From contig OZ024743.1 of NCBI GenBank assembly GCA_964016885.1, forward strand, positions 135,346,001 through 135,410,000: 64,000 bases of DNA. The letters are read 5' to 3'. A model generated the notes under the pieces. The model saw only the letters and a program-made list of their open reading frames with translations. It had not been told where the DNA came from and ran no database searches. This document shows, one piece after another, positions 10,759 to 23,900 of the stretch; the stretch's first letter is position 1; each line of letters opens with the position of its first letter. The DNA comes from Eledone cirrhosa. Taxonomy: Eukaryota. Both the position numbers and the translations under genes were made by a program.

Positions 10759-13700
10759 TGGTGTTTGGTGCTTGGTGTTTGGTGTTTGGTGCTTGGTGCT
10801 TGGTGCCTGGTGTTTCGTGCTTGGTGCTTGGTGCTTGGTGTTTGGTGTTTGGTGCCTGGTGGTTGGTGTTTGGTGTTTGGTGCTTGGTGCTTGGTGTTTG
10901 GTGCTTGGTGCTTGGTTTTTGGTGTTTGGTGCTTGGTACCTGGTGCTTGTTGTTTGGTGTTTGGTGCTTGGTGCTTGGTGCTTGGTGTTTGGTGCTTGGT
11001 GTCTGGTGTTTGGTGCTTGGTGCTTGGTGCTTGGTGTTTGGTGTTTGGTGCTTGGTGCTTGGTGTTTGGTGTTTGGTGCTGGGTGCTTGGAGTTTGGTGC
11101 TTGGTGCTTGGTGCTTAGTGCTTGGTGTTTGGTGTTTGGTGCTTGGTGTTTGGTGTTTGGTGTTTGATGCTTGGTGTGTGCTGCTTGGTGCTTGGTGCTT
11201 GGTGTTTTGTGTTTGGTGCTTGGTGCTTGGTGCCTGGTTCTTGGTGCTTGGTGCTTGTTGTTTGGTGCTTGGTGCTTGGTGATTAGTGTTTGGTGCTTGG
11301 TGCTTGGGGTTTGCTGTTTGGTGCTTGGTGCTTGGTGTTTGGTGTTTGGTGTTTGGTGCTTGGTGTCTGGTGTTTGGTGTTTGGTGTTTGGTGCTTGGTG
11401 CTTGGTGTTTGGGTTTTGGTGCTTGGTGCTTGGTGTTTGGTGTTTGGTGCTTGGTGTTTGGTGTTTGGTGCTTGGTGTTTGGTGATTGGTGCTTGGTGCT
11501 TGGTGTTTGGTGCTGGGTGCTTGGTGCTTGGTGTTTGGTGTTTGGTGCTTGGTGCCTGGTGTTTGGTGTTTGGTGTTTGATGCTTGGTGTTTGATGCTTG
11601 GTGCGTGGGACTTAGTGTTTGGTGTTTGGTGCTTGGTGTTTGGTGCTTGGTGTTTGGGGCTTGGTGTTCGGTGCTTGGTGCTTGCTGCTTGGTGCTTGGT
11701 GTTTGGTGTTTGGTGCTTGGTGCTTGGTGTTTGATGTTGGGTCCTTAGTGCTTGGTGCTTGGTGTTTGGTGTTTGGTGCTTGCTGCTTGCTGCTTGTTGT
11801 TTCGTTCTTTGTGATTGGTGCTTGGTGCTTGGTGTTTGGTGCTTGGTGCTTGGTGTTTGGTGTTTGGTGTTTGGTGCTTGGGGCTTGGTGTTTTGTGCTT
11901 GGTGCTTGGTGCTTGGTGTTTGGTGTTTGGTGTTTGGTGCTTGCTGTTTGGTGCTTGGTGCTTGGTTCTGGGTGGTTGGTGTTTGCTGCTTGGTGCTTGG
12001 TGTTTGGTGCTTGGTGCTTGGTGCTTGTTGTTTGGTGCCTGGTGCTTGGTGCTTGGTCTTTGGTGCTTGGTGTTTGGTGTTTGGTGCTTGGTGCTTGGTG
12101 CTTGGTGTTTGGTGCTTGGTGCTTGGTGCTTGGTGTTTGGTGCTTGGTGCTTGGTGATTAGTGTTTGTTGCTTGGTGCTTGGGGTTTGGTGGTTGGTGCT
12201 TGGTGCTTGGTGTTTGGTGTTTGGTGTTTGGTGTTTGGTGTTTGCTGTTTGGTGTCTGCTTTTTGGTGTTTGGTGTTTGCTGTATGGTGTTTGCTGTTTC
12301 GTATTTGGTTTTTGCTGTTTGGTGTTTGGTGTTTGCTGTTTGGTGTTTGGTGTTTGGTGTTTGGTGCTTGGTGCTTGGTGTTTGGTGCTTGGTGCTTGGT
12401 TTTTGGTGTTTGGTGCTTGGTACCTGGTGCTTGTTGTTTGGTGTTTGGTGCTTGGTGCTTGGTGCTTGGTGTTTGGTGCTTGGTGTCTGGTGTTTGGTGC
12501 TTGGTGCTTGGTGCTTGGTGTTTGGTGTTTGGTGCTTGGTGCTTGGTGTTTGGTGTTTGGTGCTGGGTGCTTGGAGTTTGGTGCTTGGTGCTTGGTGCTT
12601 AGTGCTTGGTGTTTGGTGTTTGGTGCTTGGTGCTTGGTGTTTGGTGTTTGCTGCTTGGTGTGTGCTGCTTGGTGTTTGGTGTTTGATGCTTGGTGTGTGC
12701 TGCTTGGTGCTTGGTGCTTGGTGTTTTGTGTTTGGTGCTTGGTGCTTGGTGCCTGGTTCTTGGTGCTTGGTGCTTGTTGTTTGGTGCTTGGTGCTTGGTG
12801 ATTAGTGTTTGGTGCTTGGTGCTTGGGGTTTGCTGTTTGGTACTTGGTGCTTGGTGTTTGGTGCTTGGTGCTTGGTGTTTGGTGTTTGGTGTTTGGTGCA
12901 TGGTGTCTGGTGTTTGGTGTTTGGTGTTTGGTGCTTGGTGCTTGGTGTTTGGGTTTTGGTGCTTGGTGCTTGGTGTTTGGTGTTTGGTGCTTGGTGTCTG
13001 GTGTTTGGTGCTTGGTGTTTGGTGCTTGGTGCTTGGTGCTTGGTGTTTGGTGCTGGGTGCTTGGTGCTTGGTGTTTGGTGTTTGGTGTTTGATGCTTGGT
13101 GTTTGATGCTTGTTGCTTGGTGCTTGGTGTTTTGTGTTTGGTGTTTGGTGCTTGGTGTATGTACTTGGTGCTTGGTGTTTGGTGCTTGGTTCTTGGTGTT
13201 TGGTGATTGGTGCTTGGTGCTTGGTGTTTGGTGCTTGGTGCTTGGTGTTTGGTACTTGGTGCTTGGTGTTTGGTGTTTGGTGCTTGGTGTTTGGTGCTTG
13301 GTGCTTGGTGCTTGTTGCTTGGTGTTATGTGTTTGGTGCTTGGTGCTTGGTGTTTGGTGGTGGTGCTTGGTGTTTGGTGCTTGGTCCCTGGTGCTTGGTG
13401 TTTGGTGCTTGGTGTTTGGTGCTTGGTGTTTGGTGCTTGGTGCTCGGTGCTTTGTGCTTGGTGCTTGGTGATTGGTGTTTGGTGTTTGGTGCTTGATGCT
13501 TGGTGTTTGATGTTTGGTCCTTGGTGCTTGGTGTTTGGTGATTTGTGCTTGGTGCTTGGTGCTTGGTGTTTGGTGCTTGGTGCTTGGTGCTTGGTGTTTG
13601 GCGTTTGCTGTTTGCTGTTTGCTGTTTGGTGTTTGCTGTTTGGTGTTTGGTGCTTGGTGTTTGGTGCTTGGTGCTTGCTGTTTGGTGTTTGGTGTTTGGT

Positions 13701-13770
13701 TCTTGGTGCTTGGTGTTTGGTGCTTGGTGCTTGGTGTTTGGTGCTTGGTGCCTGGTGCTTGGTGTTTGGT
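10759..13770 (+). repeat. Third, slightly more diverged copy of about 1-3030
   Basis: Offset changes 10758 (413/11171), then 10737 (882/11619), then 10738 (1423/12161, 2776/13514). This is explained by a 21-bp indel and a 1-bp indel (TTTGTG at about 1154 versus TTTTGTG at about 11891). Confidence 0.88.
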
Positions 13771-14509
13771 GTTTGGTGCTTGGTGCCTGGTGCTTGGTGT
13801 TTGGTGCTTGGTGCTTGGTGTTAGGTGATTGGTGCTTGGTGTTTGGTGCTTGGTGCTTGGTGCTTGGTGCTTGGTGTTAGGCGTTTGGTGCTTGGTGCTT
13901 GGTGTTTGATGTTTGGTCCTTGGTGCTTGGTGTTTGGTATTTGGTGCTTGGTGCTTGGTGTTTGGTGTTTGGTGCTTGGTGATTGGTGCTTGGTGTTTTG
14001 TGCTTTTTGCTTGGTGTTTGGTGTTTGGTGCTAGGGTCTTGGTGCTTGGTGTTTGGTGTTTGGTGCTTAGTGCGTGGGGGCTTGGTGTTTGGTGCTTGGT
14101 GTTTGGTGCTTGGTGTTTGGTGCTTGCTGTTTGGTGCTTGGTGCTTGGTGTTTGGTGTTTGGTGTTTGGTGCTTGGTGCTTGGTGTTTGGTGCTTGGTGC
14201 TTGGTGCTTGGTGCTTGGTGCTTGGTCTTTGGTGCTTGGTGCTTGGTGATTAGTGTTTGGTGATTGGTGCTTGGGGTTTGGTGTTTGGTACTTGGTGTTT
14301 GGTGCTTGGTGCTTGCTGTTTGGTGTTTGGTGTTTGGTTCTTGGTGCTTGGTGTTTGGTGTTTGGTGTTTGGTGCTTGGTGCTTGGTGCTTGGTGTTTGG
14401 TGCTGCATGCTTGGTGTTTGGTGTTTGGTGCTTGGTGCCTGCTGCTTGTTGTTTGGTGTTTGGTGCTAAGTGCTTGGTGTTTGGTGTTTGGTGCTTGGTG
14501 CTTGGTGGC

Positions 14510-17500
14510 TGGTGTTTGGTGCTTGGTGTTTGGTGTTTGGTGCTTGGTGCTTGGTGCCTGGTGTTTCGTGCTTGGTGCTTGGTGTTTGGTGTTTGGTGTT
14601 TGGTGCCTGGTGGTTGGTGTTTGGTGTTTGGTGCTTGGTGCTTGGTGTTTGGTGCTTGGTGCTTGGTTTTTGGTGTTTGGTGCTTGGTACCTGGTGCTTG
14701 TTGTTTGGTGTTTGGTGCTTGGTGCTTGGTGCTTGGTGTTTGGTGCTTGGTGTCTGGTGTTTGGTGCTTGGTGCTTGGTGCTTGGTGTTTGGTGTTTGGT
14801 GCTTGGTGCTTGGTGTTTGGTGTTTGGTGCTGGGTGCTTGGAGTTTGGTGCTTGGTGCTTGGTGCTTAGTGCTTGGTGTTTGGTGTTTGGTGCTTGGTGT
14901 TTGGTGTTTGGTGTTTGATGCTTGGTGTGTGCTGCTTGGTGCTTGGTGCTTGGTGTTTTGTGTTTGGTGCTTGGTGCTTGGTGCCTGGTTCTTGGTGCTT
15001 GGTGCTTGTTGTTTGGTGCTTGGTGCTTGGTGATTAGTGTTTGGTGCTTGGTGCTTGGGGTTTGCTGTTTGGTGCTTGGTGCTTGGTGTTTGGTGCTTGG
15101 TGCTTGGTGTTTGGTGTTTGGTGTTTGGTGCTTGGTGTCTGGTGTTTGGTGTTTGGTGTTTGGTGCTTGGTGCTTGGTGTTTGGGTTTTGGTGCTTGGTG
15201 CTTGGTGTTTGGTGTTTGGTGCTTGGTGTTTGGTGTTTGGTGCTTGGTGTTTGGTGCTTGGTGCTTGGTGCTTGGTGTTTGGTACTGGGTGCTTGGTGCT
15301 TGGTGTTTGGTGTTTGGTGCTTGGTGCCTGGTGTTTGGTGTTTGGTGTTTGATGCTTGGTGTTTGATGCTTGGTGCGTGGGACTTAGTGTTTGGTGTTTG
15401 GTGCTTGGTGTTTGGTGCTTGGTGTTTGGGGCTTGGTGTTCGGTGCTTGGTGCTTGCTGCTTGGTGCTTGGTGTTTGGTGTTTGGTGCTTGGTGCTTGGT
15501 GTTTGATGTTGGGTCCTTAGTGCTTGGTGCTTGGTGTTTGGTGTTTGGTGCTTGCTGCTTGCTGCTTGTTGTTTCGTTCTTTGTGATTGGTGCTTGGTGC
15601 TTGGTGTTTGGTGCTTGGTGCTTGGTGTTTGGTGTTTGGTGTTTGGTGCTTGGGGCTTGGTGTTTGTGCTTGGTGCTTGGTGCTTGGTGTTTGGTGTTTG
15701 GTGTTTGGTGCTTGCTGTTTGGTGCTTGGTGCTTGGTTCTGGGTGGTTGGTGTTTGCTGCTTGGTGCTTGGTGTTTGGTGCTTGGTGCTTGGTGCTTGTT
15801 GTTTGGTGCTTGGTGCTTGGTGCTTGGTCTTTGGTGCTTGGTGTTTGGTGTTTGGTGCTTGGTGCTTGGTGCTTGGTGTTTGGTGCTTGGTGCTTGGTGC
15901 TTGGTGTTTGGTGCTTGGTGCTTGGTGATTAGTGTTTGTTGCTTGGTGCTTGGGGTTTGGTGGTTGGTGCTTGGTGCTTGGTGTTTGGTGTTTGGTGTTT
16001 GGTGTTTGGTGTTTGCTGTTTGGTGTCTGCTTTTTGGTGTTTGGTGTTTGCTGTATGGTGTTTGCTGTTTCGTATTTGGTTTTTGCTGTTTGGTGTTTGG
16101 TGTTTGCTGTTTGGTGTTTGGTGTTTGGTGTTTGGTGCTTCGTGCTTGGTGTTTGGTGCTTGGTGCTTGGTTTTTGGTGTTTGGTGCTTGGTACCTGGTG
16201 CTTGTTGTTTGGTGTTTGGTGCTTGGTGCTTGGTGCTTGCTGTTTGGTGCTTGGTGTCTGGTGTTTGGTGCTTGGTGCTTGGTGCTTGGTGTTTGGTGTT
16301 TGGTGCTTGGTGCTTGGTGTTTGGTGTTTGGTGCTGGGTGCTTGGAGTTTGGTGCTTGGTGCTTGGTGCTTAGTGCTTGGTGTTTGGTGTTTGGTGCTTG
16401 GTGCTTGGTGTTTGGTGTTTGATGCTTGGTGTGTGCTGCTTGGTGTTTGGTGTTTGATGCTTGGTGTGTGCTGCTTGGTGCTTGGTGCTTGGTGTTTTGT
16501 GTTTGGTGCTTGGTGCTTGGTGCCTGGTTCTTGGTGCTTGGTGCTTGTTGTTTGGTGCTTGGTGCTTGGTGATTAGTGTTTGGTGCTTGGTGCTTGGGGT
16601 TTGCTGTTTGGTACTTGGTGCTTGGTGTTTGGTGCTTGGTGCTTGGTGTTTGGTGTTTGGTGTTTGGTGCATGGTGTCTGGTGTTTGGTGTTTGGTGTTT
16701 GGTGCTTGGTGCTTGGTGTTTGGGTTTTGGTGCTTGGTGCTTGGTGTTTGGTGTTTGGTGCTTGGTGTCTGGTGTTTGGTGCTTGGTGTTTGGTGCTTGG
16801 TGCTTGGTGCTTGGTGTTTGGTGCTGGGTGCTTGGTGCTTGGTGTTTGGTGTTTGGTGTTTGATGCTTGGTGTTTGATGCTTGTTGCTTGGTGCTTGGTG
16901 TTTTGTGTTTGGTGTTTGGTGCTTGGTGTATGTACTTGGTGCTTGGTGTTTGGTGCTTGGTTCTTGGTGTTTGGTGATTGGTGCTTGGTGCTTGGTGTTT
17001 GGTGCTTGGTGCTTGGTGTTTGGTACTTGGTGCTTGGTGTTTGGTGTTTGGTGCTTGGTGTTTGGTGCTTGGTGCTTGGTGCTTGGTGCTTGGTGTTATG
17101 TGTTTGGTGCTTGGTGCTTGGTGTTTGGTGGTGGTGCTTGGTGTTTGGTGCTTGGTGCCTGATGCTTGGTGTTTGGTGCTTGGTGTTTGGTGCTTGGTGT
17201 TTGGTGCTTGGTGCTCGGTGCTTTGTGCTTGGTGCTTGGTGATTGGTGTTTGGTGTTTGGTGCTTGATGCTTGGTGTTTGATGTTTGGTCCTTGGTGCTT
17301 GGTGTTTGGTGATTTGTGCTTGGTGCTTGGTGCTTGGTGTTTGGTGCTTGGTGCTTGGTGCTTGGTGTTTGGCGTTTGCTGTTTGCTGTTTGGTGTTTGG
17401 TGTTTGCTGTTTGGTGTTTGGTGCTTGGTGTTTGGTGCTTGGTGCTTGCTGTTTGGTGTTTGGTGTTTGGTTCTTGGTGCTTGGTGTTTGGTGCTTGGTG

Positions 17501-20500
17501 CTTGGTGTTTGGTGCTTGGTGCCTGGTGCTTGGTGTTTGGTGCTTGGTGCTTGTTGTTAGGTGATTGGTGCTTGGTGTTTGGTGCTTGGTGCTTGGTGCT
17601 TAGTGCTTGGTGTTAGGCGTTTGGTGCTTGGTGCTTGGTGTTTGATGTTTGGTCCTTGGTGCTTGGTGTTTGGTATTTGGTGCTTGGTGCTTGGTGTTTG
17701 GTGTTTGGTGCTTGCTGCTTGCTGCTTGGTGTTTGGTGCTTGGTGATTGGTGCTTGGTGTTTTGTGCTTTTTGCTTGGTGTTTGGTGTTTGGTGCTAGGG
17801 TCTTGGTGCTTGGTGCTTGGTGTTTGGTGCTTGGTGCTTGGTGTTTGGTGTTTGGTGCTTAGTGCGTGGGGCTTAGTGTTTGGTGCTTGGTGTTTGGTGA
17901 TCGGTGTTTGGTGCTTGCTGTTTGGTGCTTGGTGCTTGGTATTTGGTGTTTGGTGTTTGGTGCTTGGTGCTTGGTGTTTGGTGCTTGGTGCTTGGTGCTT
18001 GGTGCTTGGTCTTTGGTGCTTGGTGCTTGGTGATTAGTGTTTGGTGATTGGTGCTTGGGGTTTGGTGTTTGGTACTTGGTGTTTGGTGCTTGGTGCTTGC
18101 TGTTTGGTGGTTGGTGTTTGCTGCTTGGTGCTTGGTGTTTGGTGCTTGGTGCTTGGTGCTTGTTGTTTGGTGCTTGGTGCTTGGTGCTTGGTCTTTGGTG
18201 CTTGGTGTTTGGTGTTTGGTGCTTGGTGCTTGGTGTTTGGTGCTTGGTGCTTGGTGCTTGGTGTTTGGTGCTTGGTGCTTGGTGATTAGTGTTTGTTGCT
18301 TGGTGCTTGGGGTTTGGTGGTTGGTGCTTGGTGCTTGGTGTTTGGTGTTTGGTGTTTGGTGTTTGGTGTTTGCTGTTTGGTGTCTGCTTTTTGGTGTTTG
18401 CTGTATGGTGTTTGCTGTTTCGTATTTGGTTTTTGCTGTTTGGTGTTTGGTGTTTGCTGTTTGGTGTTTGGTGTTTGGTGTTTGGTGCTTGGTGCTTGGT
18501 GTTTGGTGCTTGGTTTTTGGTGTTTGGTGCTTGGTACCTGGTGCTTGTTGTTTGGTGTTTGGTGCTTGGTGCTTGGTGCTTGGTGTTTGGTGCTTGGTGT
18601 CTGATGTTTGGTGCTTGGTGCTTGGTGCTTGGTGTTTGGTGTTTGGTGCTTGGTGCTTGGTGTTTGGTGTTTGGTGCTGGGTGCTTGGAGTTTGGTGCTT
18701 GGTGCTTGGTGCTTAGTGCTTGGTGTTTGGTGTTTGGTGCTTGGTGCTTGGTGTTTGGTGTTTGATGCTTGGTGTGTGCTGCTTGGTGCTTGGTGCTTGG
18801 TGTTTTGTGTTTGGTGCTTGGTGCTTGGTGCCTGGTTCTTGGTGCTTGGTGCTTGTTGTTTGGTGCTTGGTGCTTAGTGATTAGTGTTTGGTGCTTGGTG
18901 CTTGGGGTTTGCTGTTTGGTACTTGGTGCTTGGTGTTTGGTGCTTGGTGCTTGGTGTTTGGTGTTTGGTGTTTGGTGCTTGGTGTTTGGTGTTTGGTGTT
19001 TGGTGTTTGGTGCTTGGTGCTTGGTGTTTGGGTTTTGGTGCTTGGTGCTTGGTGTTTGGTGTTTGGTGCTTGGTGTCTGGTGTTTGGTGCTTGGTGTTTG
19101 GTGCTTGGTGCTTGGTGCTTGGTGTTTGGTGCTGGGTGCTTGGTGCTTGGTGTTTTGTGTTTGGTGTTTGGTGCTTGGTGTATGTACTTGGTGCTTGGTG
19201 TTTGGTGCTTGGTTCTTGGTGTTCGGTGATTGGTGCTTGGTGCTTGGTGTTTGGTGCTTGGTGCTTGGTGTTTGGTACTTGGTGCTTGGTGTTTGGTGTT
19301 TGGTGCTTGGTGTTTGGTGCTTGGTGCTTGGTGCTTGGTGCTTGGTGTTATCTGTTTGGTGCTTGGTGCTTGGTGTTTGGTGGTGGTGCTTGGTGTTTGG
19401 TGTTTGGTGCCTGGTGCTTGGTGTTTGGTGCTTGGTGTTTGGTGCTTGGTGTTTGGTGCTTGGTGCTCGGTGCTTTGTGCTTGGTGCTTGGTGATTGGTG
19501 TTTGGTGTTTGGTGCTTGGTGCTTGGTGTTTGATGTTTGGTCCTTGGTGCTTGGTGTTTGGTGATTTGTGCTTGGTGCTTGGTGCTTGGTGTTTGGTGTT
19601 TGGTGCTTGGTGTTTGGTGTTTGCTGTTTGGTGTTTGGTGCTTGGTGTTTGGTGCTTGGTGCTTGCTGTTTGGTGTTTGGTGTTTTGTTCTTGGTGCTTG
19701 GTGTTTGGTGCTTGGTGCTTGGTGTTTGGTGCTTGGTGCCTGGTGCTTGGTGTTTGGTGCTTGGTGCTTGTTGTTAGGTGATTGGTGCTTGGTGTTTGGT
19801 GCTTGGTGCTTGGTGCTTGGTGCTTGGTGCTTGGTGTTAGGCGTTTGGTGCTTGGTGCTTGGTGTTTGATGTTTGGTCCTTGGTGCTTGGTGTTTGGTAT
19901 TTGGTGCTTGGTGCTTGGTGTTTGGTGTTTGGTGCTTGCTGCTTGCTGCTTGGTGTTTGGTGCTTGGTGATTGGTGCTTGGTGTTTTGTGCTTTTTGCTT
20001 GGTGTTTGGTGTTTGGTGCTAGGGTCTTGGTGCTTGGTGCTTGGTGTTTGGTGCTTGGTGCTTGGTGTTTGGTGTTTGGTGCTTAGTGCGTGGGGCTTGG
20101 TGTTTGGTGCTTGGTGTTTGGTGATCGGTGTTTGGTGCTTGCTCTTTGGTGCTTGGTGCTTGGTGTTTGGTGTTTGGTGTTTGGTGCTTGGTGCTTGGTG
20201 TTTGGTGCTTGGTGCTTGGTGCTTGGTGCTTGGTCTTGGTGCTTGGTGCTTGGGGTTTGGTCTTTGGTACTTGGTGTTTGGTGCTTGGTGCTTGCTGTTT
20301 GGTGTTTGGTGTTTGGTTCTTGGTGCTTGGTGTTTGGTGTTTGGTGCTTGGTGCCTGCTGCTTGTTGTTTGGTATTTGGTGCTAAGTGCTTTGTGTTTGG
20401 TGTTTGGTGTTTGGTGCTTGGTGCTTGGTGGCTAGTGTTTGGTGCTTGGTGTTTGGTGTTTGGTGCTTGGTGCTTGGTGCCTGGTGTTTCGTGCTTGGTG

Positions 20501-20990
20501 CTTGGTGCTTGGTGTTTGGTGTTTGGTGCTTGGTGGTTGGTGTTTGGTGTTTGGTGCTTGGTGCTTGGTGTTTGGTGCTTGGTGCTTGGTTTTTGGTGTT
20601 TGGTGCTTGGTGCTTGGTGCTTGGTGTTTTGTGCTTGGTGTCTGGTGTTTGGTGCTTGGTGCTTGGTGCTTGGTGTTTAGTGTTTGGTGCTTGGTGCTTG
20701 GTGTTTGGTGTTTGGTGCTGGGTGCTTGGAGTTTGGTGCTTGGTGCTTGGTGCTTAGTGCTTGGTGTTTGGTGTTTGGTGCTTGGTGTTTGGTGTTTGGT
20801 GTTTGATGCTTGGTGTGTGCTGCTTGGTGCTTGGTGCTTGGTGTTTTGTGTTTGGTGCTTGGTGCTTGGTGCCTGGTTCTTGGTGCTTGGTGCTTGTTGT
20901 TTGGTGCTTGGTGCTTGGTGATTAGTGTTTGGTGCTTGGTGCTTGGGGTTTGCTGTTTGGTTCTTGGTGCTTGGTGTTTGGTGCTTGGTG
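14510..20990 (+). repeat. Copy 2 of the 14509-offset duplication
   Basis: Same variant order as 1-6481. I noticed only two differences: 4588C/19097T and 4936T/19445C. Confidence 0.93.
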
Positions 20991-23900
20991 CTTGGTGTTT
21001 GGTGCTTGGTGTTTGTTGCTTGGTGTCTGGTATTTGGTGTTTGGTGTTTGGTGCTTGGTGCTTGGTGTTTGGGTTTTGGTGCTTGGTGCTTGGTGTTTGG
21101 TGTTTGGTGCTTGGTGTTTGGTGTTTGGTGCTTGGTGTTTGGTGCTTGGTGCTTGGTGCTTGGTGTTTGGTGCTGGGTGCTTGGTGCTTGGTGTTTGGTG
21201 TTTGGTGCTTGGTGCTTGGTGTTTGGTGTTTGGTGTTTGATGCTTGGTGTTTGATGCTTGTTGCTTGGTGCTTGGTGTTTTGTGTTTGGTGTTTGGTGCT
21301 TGGTGTATGTACTTGGTGCTTGGTGCTTGGTGTTTGGTGCTTGGTTCTTGGTGTTTGGTGATTGGTGCTTGGTGGTTGGTGTTTGGTGCTTGGTGCTTGG
21401 TGTTTGGTACTTGGTGCTTGGTGTTTGGTGTTTGGTGCTTGGAGTTTGGTGCTTGGTGCTTGGTGCTTGGTGCTTGGTGTTATGTGTTTGGTGCTTGGTG
21501 CTTGGTGTTTGGTGGTGGTGCTTGGTGTTTGGTGCTTGGTGCCTGGTGCTTGGTGTTTGGTGCTTGGTGTTTGGTGCTTGGTGTTTGGTGCTTGGTGTTT
21601 GGTGATTTGTGCTTGGTGCTTAGTGCTTGGTGTTTGGTGCTTGGTGTTTGGTGCTTGGTGTTTGGCGTTTGCTGTTTGATATTTGGTGTTTGGTGTTTGC
21701 TGTTTGGTGTTTGGTGCTTGGTGTTTGGTGCTTGGTGCTTGCTGTTTGGTGTTTGGTGTTTGGTTCTTGGTGCTTGGTGTTTGGTGTTTGGTGCTTGGTT
21801 CTTGGTGCTTGGTGTTTGGTGCTTGGTGCCTGGTGCTTGATGTTTGGTGCTTGGTGCTTGGTGTTAGGTGATTGGTGCTTGGTGTTTGGTGCTTGGTGCT
21901 TGGTGCTTGGTGCTTGGTGTTAGGCATTTGGTGCTTGGTGCTTGGTGTTTGATGTTTGGTCCTTGGTGCTTGGTGTTTGGTATTTGGTGCTTGGTGCTTG
22001 GTGTTTGGTGTTTGGTGCTTGCTGCTTGCTGCTTGGTGTTTGGTGCTTGGTGATTGGTGCTTGGTGTTTTGTGCTTTTTGCTTGGTGTTTGGTGTTTGGT
22101 GCTAGGGTCTTGGTGCTTGGTGCTTGGTGTTTGGTGCTTGGTGCTCGGTGTTTGGTGTTTGGTGCATGGTGCGTGGGGCTTGGTGTTTGGTGCTTGGTGT
22201 TTGGTGCTTGGTGTTTGGTGCTTGCTGTTTGGTGCTTGGTGCTTGGTGTTTGGTGTTTGGTGTTTGGTGCTTGGTGCTTGGTGTTTGGTGCTTGGTGCTT
22301 GGTGCTTGGTGCTTGGTGCTTGGTCTTTGGTGCTTGGTGCTTGGTGATTAGTGTTTGGTGATTGGTGCTTGGGGTTTGGTGTTTGGTACTTGGTGTTTGG
22401 TGCTTGGTGCTTGCTGTTTGGTGTTTGGTTCTTGGTGCTTGGTGTTTGGTGTTTGGTGTTTGGTGCTTGGTGCTTGGTGCTTGGTGTTTGGTGCTTGGTG
22501 CTTGGTGTTTGGTGCTGCGTGCTTGGTGTTTGGTGTTTGGTGCTTGGTGCTTGGTGCCTGTGTTTCGTGCTTGGTGCTTGGTGCTTGGTGTTTGGTGTTT
22601 GGTGCTTGGTGGTTGGTGTTTGGTACTTGGTGCTTGGTGCTTGGTGCTTGGTGTTTGATACTGCGTGCCTGGTGTTTGGTGTTTGGTGCTTGGTGCTTGG
22701 TGTTTGGTGTTTCGTGCTTGGTGCCTGGTGCTTGTTGTTTGGTGTTTCCTGCTTGGTGCTTGGTGTTTGGTGTTTGGTGCTGGGTGCTTGGAGTTTGGTG
22801 CTTGGTGCTTGGTGCTTAGTGCTTGGTGTTTGGTGTTTGGTGCTTGGTGTTTGGTGTTTGGTGTTTGATGCTTGGTGTGTGCTGCTTGGTGCTTGGTGCT
22901 TGGTGTTTTGTGTTTGGTGCTTGGTGCTTGGTGCCTGGTTCTTGGTGCTTGGTGCTTGTTGTTTGGTGCTTGGTGCTTGGTGATTAGTGTTTGGTGCTTG
23001 GTGCTTGGGGTTTGCTGTTTGGTGCTTGGTGCTTGGTGTTTGGTGCTTGGTGCTTGGTGTTTGGTGTTTGGTGTTTGGTGCTTGGTGTCTGATGTTTGGT
23101 GTTTGGTGTTTGGTGCTTGGTGCTTGGTGTTTGGGTTTTGGTGCTTGGTGCTTGGTGTTTGGTGTTTGGTGCTTGGTGTTTGGTGTTTGGTGCTTGGTGT
23201 TTTGTGCTTGGTGCTTGGTGCTTGGTGTTTGGTGCTGGGTGCTTGGTGCTTGGTGTTTTGTGTTTGGTGTTTGGTGCTTGGTGTATGTACTTGGTGCTTG
23301 GTACTTGGTGTTTGGTGCTTGGTTCTTGGTGTTTGGTGATTGGTGCTTGGTGCTTGGTGTTTGGTGCTTGGTGTTTGGTGTTTGGTGTTTGATGCTTGGT
23401 GTTTGATGCTTGTTGCTTGGTGCTTGGTGTTTTGTGTTTGGTGTTTGGTGCTTGGTGTATGTACTTGGTGCTTGGTACTTGGTGTTTGGTGCTTGGTTCT
23501 TGGTGTTTGGTGATTGGTGCTTGGTGCTTGGTGTTTGGTGCTTGGTGCTTGGTGTTTGGTACTTGGTGCTTGGTGTTTGGTGTTTGGTGCTTGGAGTTTG
23601 GTGCTTGGTGCTTGGTGCTTGGTGCTTGGTGTTATGTGTTTGGTGCTTGGTGTTTGGTGGTGGTGCTTGGTGTTTGGTGCTTGGTGCCTGGTGCTTGGTG
23701 TTTGGTGCTTGGTGTTTGGTGCTTGGTGTTTGGTGCTTGGTGTTTGGTGATTTGTGCTTGGTGCTTAGTGCTTGGTGTTTGGTGCTTGGTGCTTGGTGCT
23801 TGGTGTTTGGCGTTTGCTGTTTGCTGTTTGGTGTTTGGTGTTTGCTGTTTGGTGTTTGGTGCTTGGTGTTTGGTGCTTGGAGCTTGCTGTTTGGTGTTTG

